Assembly (NCBI GenBank): GCA_028711115.1
Contig: JAQTSV010000001.1
Span: 838,032-902,031 of the forward strand
Source: Candidatus Omnitrophota bacterium
GTDB taxonomy: Bacteria > Omnitrophota > Gorgyraeia > Velamenicoccales > JABMQK01
Direction of reading: 5' to 3'
DNA length: 64,000 nt
Part shown: positions 8,571 to 17,275 of the stretch, piece after piece
How positions within the stretch are numbered: the first letter of the stretch is position 1
Layout of the letters: every line of letters begins with the position of its first letter
Notes under the pieces: generated by a model
What the model was told of the DNA's origin: nothing
Database searches by the model: none
What the model saw: the letters and a program-made list of their open reading frames with translations, nothing else
Made by a program: the position numbers and the translations under genes

Positions 8571-11048
8571 TTATCGTAATTGCTTAAGATAGTATTTATT
8601 GCCATAGATTAGACGCAATAACCCATTTTTTATTATTCTCAAGGTATTATTATATCTATTGTCGTTATTGGTATAAGTTATAGAGCAGCGGTTACAACCG
8701 CTTATGTTTTGCCTCTTGCCCCTGAGCATTAAATTAATAAATTGCTTTCTGGTCATTGAATGCCATATATTCTCTAAAGTATCTTTAGAGAAATCTGCAT
8801 ATTCGGTCAATCCTTTTAGGTCCATGCAACATTTTGATATCTTTCCGGAACTATTAAGGGTAACGTTATTAAAAACAAACGAACAAAATCCTTTAGCAGA
8901 GCTAAAAACTTTGTCTTCTGTTTTAAACGATTCATTCCAGTTTTGCGGCTTCCAAAAACTGACATAATCTGCCATTTGGAAAATTTCTTTCATATGTTCG
9001 CTTATTTCTTTGCCCGATGAATTTTTATCTCTGCCATTATTAATTTGCACAAAAACAGGATGGCCGAGTTCCTCATTCCTTTTTGTCAACAGGCGCATAT
9101 TGTTCATAATAGTTTGAAACTTTGCTGGTGGCCGCATCTCCTCAAATGATGTTTCATCATAGCCGTCAATACTGCATATGATTTGTTTTATGATTCCTGA
9201 TTTCAGCACCAAATCAATTTTATCCTCATCCATCAATACCATATTATCGTTTAAAATAATATGAGGGGAAAAATTAGGGTATTTATTCATATAATCCCTG
9301 GTGATTTCTATTACTTTCTTATACTCAGGGCATAAAAAGAATTCCCCGCCTATAGGCCACTCCATTACCTTTATGTTATATTTTTTATTCTCACAGATTT
9401 CCTTGATTAACTTTTCATAAATATTTATATCCAGGTATTTTGGCCTATTCAGTTGTTCTAAGAAGCAATATTTGCACTTTAGGTTGCAAACAGAACAAAA
9501 TTCAATAGAAAGTATTTTTATGTCTTTCAATGTATTAAAACCCTTTATTAACTTTAGATATCTGTAAAGCCACACAAAATAGGTAAAGAAACAAGAAGTA
9601 CTTTGATATAATACCTTAATTAAGGTGATGAATATGTTTATTAAAGAAGAAGGGAATTCTTTTAATCTCTCTTTCACTGCCTCTATCACAGGGCGATAAT
9701 AATAAAACGAATGATTAGGAGTAGAGAGAAATTGTTTGATATGATACATGATTACTTTTTTACTTGAATAGAATTCCTGCAAAAATTTCCTCTGGTATTT
9801 TTCTAGTTCTTTTTTCGTTAAGGCTTTTGTCTCTATGACGCTGTTTCCCCACCTTTTGAAATCTTTCCAATCTTTGCAGACTAGCCTTATACCGTTTCTG
9901 CCCGATAAGGCATCTTTATATAAATCTGTCCCCGGATATGGTGTAAGTATATTGACGCCTATTTTGAATAAGGGAAGTTTTTTTGCGAAATTAATTGAAT
10001 CTTGAATAGTCTGGGGTGTTTCACCGGGATTGCCTATAATAAAACTCCCTCTCGTTTCTATGCCGAGTTTATTCATAATCTTGTAGGCTTTTTCATAATG
10101 TTCTAGTTTTGTAATTTTATTCATACGGTTTAGAATTTCCTGGTTTCCGGATTCTATGCCAAGGGTAATCTTATCAAAGCCAGCTTTTTTCATTAATGTA
10201 AGCAGTTCTTTATCGAGGACATCTGCTCTGGTAAAACAGAAGAAACTCAATTTTAACCTTTTTCTCAGAACCTCATTACAAATAGTTACCACCCTTTCTC
10301 TCTTTAAAGTAAATGTGTCGTCAAAGAATATAATCATCCGTACCCCTAATTTCTTATACGAATGTTCTATTTCGGATACTACTTGGAAAGGATTTTTAAA
10401 TCTTACTTCTTCTCCAAATAGATGGAAACAAAACGAACATTTAAAAGGGCAACCCCGCGAAGTCTCAATTGCATCAGTCTTAACTAAACCGCTAATGGGA
10501 TCTGGATGCCTATAATTTTTGTAATCAATAAGGTGCTTGCTGGGTAACGGTAATAAATTAAGATTGCCTATTAATGGGAAATGCAAGATTTTTTCCTTGG
10601 GTTTATTCTTGCAGATATAAACGATGGCCTGTTCGCCTTCGCCAGTTACTATATAGTCAATAATACCCTTTGCTTCTGCCAGAGATTCTTCCGGTAGCGC
10701 AGATACATGGGCGCCGCCAAAGACAATAGTGATTTTAGAATTACGATTCTTGATAAATTCTGCAATCTCTAGTGCAATATGATATTCCGGAGTGGTTGAC
10801 GTTATGCCCACGAATGAAGGGTTGTGATGGAGTGCTTCTTCGGCAATTTCTTCGCTATTCAGCAAAAATGGTTCGCCGTCAATTATAGTAACATTAAATC
10901 CTTCTTTTTCCAGGCTGCCGGCTAAACTTAAAAGACCTAGCGGCGGTCTTATCTCTCGATTTTTAGGAATTTTTCTATATATGCCTTCATAGATATTGCT
11001 GTATGAAGGTCTGATTAATACGATTTTATTATCAACTAGAGTTTTCAT
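8571..11048 (-). CDS. Fusion protein: B12-type radical SAM domain, hydrophobic linker, then a second radical SAM domain with a SPASM/twitch-like Cys-rich C-terminus
   Basis: 825 aa in one uninterrupted frame. First cluster is 'SRGCPFKCSFC' after a 'PPLGLLSLAGSLEKEGFNVTIIDGE' B12-like domain. The linker is 'FITLIKVLYQSTSCFFTYFVWLY'. Second cluster is 'FCSVCNLKCKYCF', and the C-terminus has 'GKISKCCMDLKG' and 'ISGCNRCSI'. Confidence 0.7.
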   Translation of the reverse strand: MKTLVDNKIVLIRPSYSNIYEGIYRKIPKNREIRPPLGLLSLAGSLEKEGFNVTIIDGEPFLLNSEEIAEEALHHNPSFVGITSTTPEYHIALEIAEFIKNRNSKITIVFGGAHVSALPEESLAEAKGIIDYIVTGEGEQAIVYICKNKPKEKILHFPLIGNLNLLPLPSKHLIDYKNYRHPDPISGLVKTDAIETSRGCPFKCSFCFHLFGEEVRFKNPFQVVSEIEHSYKKLGVRMIIFFDDTFTLKRERVVTICNEVLRKRLKLSFFCFTRADVLDKELLTLMKKAGFDKITLGIESGNQEILNRMNKITKLEHYEKAYKIMNKLGIETRGSFIIGNPGETPQTIQDSINFAKKLPLFKIGVNILTPYPGTDLYKDALSGRNGIRLVCKDWKDFKRWGNSVIETKALTKKELEKYQRKFLQEFYSSKKVIMYHIKQFLSTPNHSFYYYRPVIEAVKERLKEFPSSLINIFITLIKVLYQSTSCFFTYFVWLYRYLKLIKGFNTLKDIKILSIEFCSVCNLKCKYCFLEQLNRPKYLDINIYEKLIKEICENKKYNIKVMEWPIGGEFFLCPEYKKVIEITRDYMNKYPNFSPHIILNDNMVLMDEDKIDLVLKSGIIKQIICSIDGYDETSFEEMRPPAKFQTIMNNMRLLTKRNEELGHPVFVQINNGRDKNSSGKEISEHMKEIFQMADYVSFWKPQNWNESFKTEDKVFSSAKGFCSFVFNNVTLNSSGKISKCCMDLKGLTEYADFSKDTLENIWHSMTRKQFINLMLRGKRQNISGCNRCSITYTNNDNRYNNTLRIIKNGLLRLIYGNKYYLKQLR

Positions 11049-11051
11049 AGT

Positions 11052-12347
11052 TTAATTAAGTATTAGTTCCTGAGGTATTGCTCTATCATTAATCAAAATT
11101 TGATAGAGTTTCTTCGCAATCAATAAATTTCCGTAATCATTATAATGTACGTAATCAGAGTACACCTCTTCTTTATCCGGAAAAATATTGGTGAAGTTAT
11201 AGTAATTGATGGAAGAATTTCTTAGATTCTCATCAACGCCTTTCCAAAAATAATCAGCGTGCCTTACGATATCAACACCCATTTTTTTAGAAAATTCTGA
11301 CTTTACTATGTTTAAAGCCTCTTTTTCCATAGGGGGAAGCTTTCTTGTGTCTGTCAATAAAGTTGGCTGAAGAATATAATAGTACTTCTTCCCCATTCCG
11401 CTAACGAGCGCATTTGCCTGTTTGATATAAGAGGTAGTATATAATATTTTTTCACGCATCTCGATTTCCAAATTTCTTTCGTTATGCGTTATATTCTTAG
11501 CTGGAGACTTATAAACCTTCATTATTTTTTTAACATTGTATATTATATTTTCTCTTGAATCAGAGCCAGCCCTGCCAGTTAAAAATGCCCAACCCTTTTC
11601 TAAAACAAATCTGGTATAGGTAAATTCCGTAAATTTTGTAAGATTATAGATAAGATTGCCTATAGACCATTTTATTGATTTAGTTAGTTTGAGCGTTTGG
11701 AAAAGCTGCCTGTCGTATTCGCTTATGAAATATGTGAATTTTCTGCCTCCGTAGTTACTGATTTCGTGTTCGAAGTCGTTTGTTCCGCCAATATCTATTA
11801 TGATATCCGGGTCATAAAAGAGTATCTCATTGGAAATTCTTAAAAGTTCCTTGGCGGAAAAGTAACCAGCTACCCCGGCATTAATCACTTCTATGTTTTT
11901 ATACCTGCTTTGCAATAATCTTTCAAGATGAGCAGATATAGTTTGATCATTGCAGGAAGCCCCCAGACCAGCAACAGTGGAGCCGCCAAGTATAAATATT
12001 GTAAATTTTTCGGGAGTTATAATTCTTGCCTTATCGCCATTATGGATAAAGCCATACCTATCTGTTGTTTGATTGCATTCATCAGAGATGTAAATTCTAT
12101 TTACATAACCAAAGACAGGGTAAATTTCCTGCCAATTATTTTCGTATTGCAGGATATTTACGCCAGTCACAAGAGGATGAAAGCGAAATAACGTAATTCT
12201 CTTCGGTGTACCAAGTAGACGATGTGACAATAAAATTACCACGCCCGAAGTAGATTCTATCATAATGAACATCACGGCTATCATAATTATAATTACGCTT
12301 TTACGGTGTTTATTCAAAAAAAGGCTTAAATTGTTAGATTTGCGCAT
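11052..12347 (-). CDS. Membrane-anchored SGNH/GDSL-family hydrolase or acyl-esterase, a candidate for glycan O-acyl handling
   Basis: N-terminal TM helix. SGNH blocks are 'ILGGSTVAG' (block I), 'IGGTNDFEH' (block III) and 'DYVHYNDYGN' (block V, DxxH). Confidence 0.6.
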   Translation of the reverse strand: MRKSNNLSLFLNKHRKSVIIIMIAVMFIMIESTSGVVILLSHRLLGTPKRITLFRFHPLVTGVNILQYENNWQEIYPVFGYVNRIYISDECNQTTDRYGFIHNGDKARIITPEKFTIFILGGSTVAGLGASCNDQTISAHLERLLQSRYKNIEVINAGVAGYFSAKELLRISNEILFYDPDIIIDIGGTNDFEHEISNYGGRKFTYFISEYDRQLFQTLKLTKSIKWSIGNLIYNLTKFTEFTYTRFVLEKGWAFLTGRAGSDSRENIIYNVKKIMKVYKSPAKNITHNERNLEIEMREKILYTTSYIKQANALVSGMGKKYYYILQPTLLTDTRKLPPMEKEALNIVKSEFSKKMGVDIVRHADYFWKGVDENLRNSSINYYNFTNIFPDKEEVYSDYVHYNDYGNLLIAKKLYQILINDRAIPQELILN

Positions 12348-12368
12348 ATTCTAACTCCGACTGTTCAG

Positions 12369-13169
12369 CTATTGAAATCTTTCGATTCTACTCTTATCGT
12401 CGCTACATCGAAAATACATATTCAATCTACCTGGTGATTCCAGGTATATACACTTTATATATTTGAAAAATGGCGAAAATAGTTCTTCAAAATCATTTTT
12501 TTTCGAAAAAACCATTTTGTGGTCCCAGCTTTTAATTGCCTCCTTTTCCATTTCTTCGTAACCAACCAAGACTCCATTGGTCGCAAGGCATTTTTTTATT
12601 TTCTCAAGCAGGATTTTAAGTTCCTCAGAAGAAAAATGAGCTAAAGACCCGTCTAGGCAAACTACATCATAATCACTACTCGGAAAGCTTTGTTTTATCG
12701 CATCAAGATTAAAATAGCGAATTTTAGGATGGCTATTATATTTTTTTGCGTGTTTTATAGCGGTCTGGTCAATGTCCAAGCAGTCAATCGTAGATGCAGC
12801 AGAGGCATAAAAATATTTTGCATAAAAACCATCTCCACAGCCAATGTCTAAAACTTTACTGTCAGGGCGCATCAATTCTTTTGAATATATACCCCGTTCA
12901 ACCCAATGAGAGTTGAGGCGTTCTGGCCAAGTAAATAAATCAATCCTGTGGTCTCCCCAATGAGGAGGATTTTTATGCCACTGCCTCCATTGTAAATGTG
13001 AATAATACATCGAGAGGTATTTTTGAAATAACTTAGCAATAGGCTCCCAGAAAAATGGCCTGCTAATATGGCCTAAGACATGTATTAATCTGCCAATCTT
13101 GACTTTTTCAGAAGGATCTATTTTTTCTTTTTGTATCAATTTCTGTAAATTAGAAAACGCCTTTAGCAT
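12369..13169 (-). CDS. Class I SAM-dependent methyltransferase
   Basis: Motif I 'VLDIGCGDGFYA', preceded by an N-terminal extension of about 100 aa. Confidence 0.7.
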   Translation of the reverse strand: MLKAFSNLQKLIQKEKIDPSEKVKIGRLIHVLGHISRPFFWEPIAKLFQKYLSMYYSHLQWRQWHKNPPHWGDHRIDLFTWPERLNSHWVERGIYSKELMRPDSKVLDIGCGDGFYAKYFYASAASTIDCLDIDQTAIKHAKKYNSHPKIRYFNLDAIKQSFPSSDYDVVCLDGSLAHFSSEELKILLEKIKKCLATNGVLVGYEEMEKEAIKSWDHKMVFSKKNDFEELFSPFFKYIKCIYLESPGRLNMYFRCSDDKSRIERFQ

Positions 13170-13207
13170 TTACCCTCCAATAATTTAGTTAAGATTATTG
13201 CTTCTTA

Positions 13208-14017
13208 TCAAACTTTCTTGTGAAAATAACTATGATACCAGCCTATATTTCCTTTTATCTCAGAAGTTTGTTCTAATTGTTTAAGCCATAGAGGTGTATC
13301 CATTGCATCTTTTTTATTTTCACAAACAAAAACATAACACCAATAGAGACTGGTTATTTTAAGGAATAATAACCTTGTAATAAATTGTACTGCCCTGATT
13401 ATAACCTGTATTAATCTAAGCAGGATAAGTGAAATAATTTTATTTTTTAATTTTGCTTCAATTAATTTACCGATATTATCTGTATTTAACACAGGACCCC
13501 ATACATAAAATTTATTAATCTTAAAGTAATTCTGCCTTAAAAATATCCTAAAGAATTTAGGTGTGATAAGCCCAGGATAAATCATAAGATGCCCTCCAAG
13601 ATAATTGGGGATACTCAAGATTAATTTACCTCCGGGTTTCAGGACTCTTTGTATTTCCGTTAAGGCATGATAAGGGTTTTGCAGGTGTTCAAATACCTCC
13701 AGGCAGACAACTTTATCAAACTGGTTATCCCGAAACTTAATTTTTTCATTTGAAATATCTGCCAGCTGACTGTCTTTTACATAAGAACTTATTTTATTTA
13801 ATGCAGATTCGGCAGCGTCAATAACAAATAGGCTAATTTTTTTATATCTATCTACATTACGTGCAAGCTCTCCCCATCCTACTCCTATTTCTAACACATT
13901 ATCGCCATCATTTAATTCATTAATTGCCATCATAAAGCGATCGGTTAAATGGCAATCCGGTTTTTTATAAATATTTTTCGACTGGTTTATAATATCCATA
14001 ATTTCCCCTTTGCTCAA
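13208..14017 (-). CDS. Class I SAM-dependent methyltransferase with a hydrophobic C-terminal tail
   Basis: Motif I 'VLEIGVGWGELA', plus 'VLKPGGKLILSIPN'. The C-terminus 'IISLILLRLIQVIIRAVQFITRLLFLKI' is hydrophobic. Confidence 0.7.
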   Translation of the reverse strand: MSKGEIMDIINQSKNIYKKPDCHLTDRFMMAINELNDGDNVLEIGVGWGELARNVDRYKKISLFVIDAAESALNKISSYVKDSQLADISNEKIKFRDNQFDKVVCLEVFEHLQNPYHALTEIQRVLKPGGKLILSIPNYLGGHLMIYPGLITPKFFRIFLRQNYFKINKFYVWGPVLNTDNIGKLIEAKLKNKIISLILLRLIQVIIRAVQFITRLLFLKITSLYWCYVFVCENKKDAMDTPLWLKQLEQTSEIKGNIGWYHSYFHKKV

Positions 14018-15318
14018 TAAGATATATTATGCCTGAGAGATTTGACTAAGTTTAAAGATTCCATTTGTAACCGAAAGATAGGCCTGGTCTTTTTGCTAAT
14101 TAGATTTGCGGCTACCACTACAAAGAATTGAGAAAAAACAGTAGTAGCTGCTGCTCCATTTATGCCCCATATAGGGATAAGAATAAAATTTAATAATATG
14201 TTTAATACTGCTCCGATAATCATATAAAACATTAAGTAAATTTGCAGATTCTCAGCAAGTATCCATTTACTTTCAGCTGCCCCTAGAAAAACAAAGACAG
14301 ACGCCCATACATGCAAAGATAGCACGCTGGCTGTAGGATAATACTGTTGACCGTAGACAATATTTACCAGTGGCCGGGATATGAGCGTTATAAAAATAGC
14401 CATGGCTATCCCAGTCCATAAAAGCATAGAGAATAATGCCCTGATTCTATTTTGATACAAGATGTTATCTTTCGTTTTTGTTTTAACAATAGCTGGAAAC
14501 AATGAGCCAGTTATAGCTAAGGGTACAAAATAGAATGATTCGCTAATTGGAACAGCCGCAGCATAATACCCTACCGAAGCCGAATCCAGCATTAACTTAA
14601 GCATAATCTGGTCGATGCGCATATAGATAGAAATCGCAATAATTGATAAAGCCAAAGGCCAACTGTTTGCTAATAAGTCCTTTGCGGTAGCTATATTGCA
14701 TCTCCAGGGGAAGATTTTCTTTTGTGTAATGTAAAAAATGGTTAGCCCTAATGCCAAGACTGCTGCTTCAGCCACTACTACAATAGCAAAATAAATCAAA
14801 GGCAGCTTGAGATGGATAAATAGTAGACACAAAATAGAAGTACAAACCAAAGATAAAATCTTTGCATACACAGAATATTTAGACATAACCTCTGCCTGGA
14901 AATAAGAATCTATATGGTTGAAAGACTGAAAAAATAAACGGAATGACATGATTAAAATAAGTATTCGGGAGAGATGATCTATGGCAAATACATAAGCACT
15001 GATGAAAATCAGCAATATCGCCGATATGCTGCCTAGAAGTTTTAAAAACAATGCTGTTCCTAATATTAGTTTTTCTTTTTGTTTGTTTGTTATCAGGTCT
15101 CTGACGATAATATCATTTAGGCCAAGATCCGATAGAATGCTAAATAGAAAAACGAAGCTGAAGGCATAACTAAAAATTCCGTATTGTTCAGGCCCTAGGT
15201 AACGAACAACAATAGCCCAGATAGTCAATGTTACAATTATTCTTGCGATTTTCTCTAAGAATAAGTATCCTGTATTAACAGTATATTTTTTAATTCCTTC
15301 AGTAAGTTTTATTGCCAT
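14014..15318 (-). CDS. wzx: Wzx-type oligosaccharide flippase (MOP/PST family)
   Basis: 434 aa with about 12 TM segments. The N-terminus ('...LFLEKIARIIVTLTIWAIVVRYLGPEQYGIFSYAFSF') is typical of polysaccharide-biosynthesis flippases. The glycan-locus context fits. Confidence 0.7.
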   Translation of the reverse strand: MAIKLTEGIKKYTVNTGYLFLEKIARIIVTLTIWAIVVRYLGPEQYGIFSYAFSFVFLFSILSDLGLNDIIVRDLITNKQKEKLILGTALFLKLLGSISAILLIFISAYVFAIDHLSRILILIMSFRLFFQSFNHIDSYFQAEVMSKYSVYAKILSLVCTSILCLLFIHLKLPLIYFAIVVVAEAAVLALGLTIFYITQKKIFPWRCNIATAKDLLANSWPLALSIIAISIYMRIDQIMLKLMLDSASVGYYAAAVPISESFYFVPLAITGSLFPAIVKTKTKDNILYQNRIRALFSMLLWTGIAMAIFITLISRPLVNIVYGQQYYPTASVLSLHVWASVFVFLGAAESKWILAENLQIYLMFYMIIGAVLNILLNFILIPIWGINGAAATTVFSQFFVVVAANLISKKTRPIFRLQMESLNLVKSLRHNISY

Positions 15319-15329
15319 TTTTGAAATGA

Positions 15330-16103
15330 TTAAATTTCCTGGGTTTTTTTCATAAATTTGGGTAAAACCCTGTCTTTTTTAATCAGGAAAATAATATAAT
15401 TTCCTAAACTGGGACAGAAGCAATTTGCCATCCCGTTGATTATTTTTAAAATTAAGAATTCAATCTGTGTCTTCGCCACTCTATGTAAAGAAAAAAATCT
15501 AGTTAGGCTGTATTTGTAGAATAATGCTTTATTTATCTTACCTACATCTCTTTTCGAAAATCGATAGACATAGTTGCCGTGTTCTGTTTCATATTCATGA
15601 GCCCATCCTAATTTCTCAAATAGTCTTGTAAGCCAGGAATCATTAGGTTCTATTACAATTAAACCTTCCTTAGCAACACGCAATAATTCATATAGCCCTT
15701 TGATTGGTTCTTTTAAATGATGTAGCGAAGCCGCAATTAAGACATAATCAAAAGCATTGTCTTTGAATGCAATCTTACAGTTATCTGCTAAAATAAAAAT
15801 CTCATTATAGAAGTTTGATTTCGTTTTTTCCATAGCCATCATATGAATATCAGTAAAATATATCTTTTTGGGTTGATAAAATTTCTTTAAATAATGGGCA
15901 TCTATACCGCAACCGCAACTGGCAATTAAAATAGTCTTATTATCTAGATTTATTTTGTTTCTATCTAATAAATTTTTCAGCCGGATAAAGGGAATTGCAC
16001 GGAAATAATCATGAAAATAATTGCTTTCGTAAACAAAGGGGTTTTCCAAGGTGTATTCCCCTTTTTTATCAGTTGATTTATTATTGGTAAAGCCTGTTTT
16101 CAT
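15330..16103 (-). CDS. Class I SAM-dependent methyltransferase
   Basis: Motif I variant 'ILIASCGCGIDA', then 'FDYVLIAASLHHL' and 'RVAKEGLIVIEP'. Confidence 0.6.
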   Translation of the reverse strand: MKTGFTNNKSTDKKGEYTLENPFVYESNYFHDYFRAIPFIRLKNLLDRNKINLDNKTILIASCGCGIDAHYLKKFYQPKKIYFTDIHMMAMEKTKSNFYNEIFILADNCKIAFKDNAFDYVLIAASLHHLKEPIKGLYELLRVAKEGLIVIEPNDSWLTRLFEKLGWAHEYETEHGNYVYRFSKRDVGKINKALFYKYSLTRFFSLHRVAKTQIEFLILKIINGMANCFCPSLGNYIIFLIKKDRVLPKFMKKTQEI

Positions 16104-17275
16104 TGATAATTTTTAATCGTTCCCGTATAAATATCTATTAATTTTTTGTAATTCTTTTCTAAGGTATATTTATTCTCAAATTCAAGTCTGGCATTCTTGC
16201 CCATCTTTTCTGTCTCTTGCCTATTTTTAAAAATAGATTCTACTTTCGCTACTAAATCATTAATATCTCCCGGTTCAAATAATAACCCTGTCTTTTTATC
16301 TTCTATAATCTCTGCCAGCGCTCCGTTCCTGCTGGCGATGATAGGTATGCCGCAGGCAAAAGATTCCACTATTATGCGCGGAAAGTTTTCATTACATCTG
16401 GAAGGTAGAATAACAACCATAGATTTTTTCATATAAGTAATAACTTCCTCTTGAGCCCTCTGACCTAAAAATTCAATGTTTAGAGAGAATTCATTCGCAT
16501 ATTTTTTAAATTCATCAGATTGATAACCTGTGCCAATAATCTTTAGGGGAAGATAATTAATTTGCTTCCATGCTTCAAGAAGGATATCCGTCCCTTTCTC
16601 CGGGCTGAATCTTCCTATATTAAGAGCAAAGTTTCCTCTGCTCCCACTAATACCTGGATCAAAACTTATAAAGTTGGGTTTAACCTTTATTTTCTCCGCA
16701 TCAAACCCGGCCTTTACAAACTGTTGTTTACTAAAACTGCTTAAAGCAATATAGGTGTCTATGAATTTTTTAAATGTATTATTCTTATAATGGAATTTCA
16801 ATATCGCTAACATTGCCATAGCCCACCATATGGATTTTCTGCCACATTTATATTTTATGCTCATCAATAACCCCTTATCCAAACATTCTCTGCAAACCTT
16901 ACCGTCTCTGTATAAAATTCCTAAAGGGCAAATAAAACGATAGTTATGCAAGGTCTGCACAATTGGAACTTTTTCAGCTCTGCAGGCATAATAAACAGAA
17001 GGCGACATAAGAAAAAAAGTGTTATGCACATGGACAATATCTGGTTTCTCTTTTTTTATAAGATAACGAACTTTTTTATAGGATTTTACAGACCATATGA
17101 TAGTAAACGGCAGTAATATCTTTTTAAAAATATTGTAGCTATTTAATTTTTCATTAGATAGTTCGAAAAGTATAACCCTATGCCCATTATTCTTAAGTAA
17201 ATCAACTTCCGAGGAGATTACCGCTTCTTCTCCTCCTTCAAATTGATAGCGATTATGAATAATTAATATTTTCAT
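16100..17275 (-). CDS. GT-B glycosyltransferase (GT4-like)
   Basis: 'MKILIIHNRYQFEGGEE' at the N-terminus and EX7E motif 'ENFPRIIVESFACGIPIIAS'. Confidence 0.75.
   Translation of the reverse strand: MKILIIHNRYQFEGGEEAVISSEVDLLKNNGHRVILFELSNEKLNSYNIFKKILLPFTIIWSVKSYKKVRYLIKKEKPDIVHVHNTFFLMSPSVYYACRAEKVPIVQTLHNYRFICPLGILYRDGKVCRECLDKGLLMSIKYKCGRKSIWWAMAMLAILKFHYKNNTFKKFIDTYIALSSFSKQQFVKAGFDAEKIKVKPNFISFDPGISGSRGNFALNIGRFSPEKGTDILLEAWKQINYLPLKIIGTGYQSDEFKKYANEFSLNIEFLGQRAQEEVITYMKKSMVVILPSRCNENFPRIIVESFACGIPIIASRNGALAEIIEDKKTGLLFEPGDINDLVAKVESIFKNRQETEKMGKNARLEFENKYTLEKNYKKLIDIYTGTIKNYQ

Noticed and set aside
8571-11048. The 825-aa double radical SAM protein could be an assembly or frameshift artefact joining two genes.
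   Set aside because: This cannot be excluded without reads. The frame is continuous, the linker is a plausible hydrophobic helix, and there is no SD-plus-start signal at the junction. It is reported as a fusion with that caveat.
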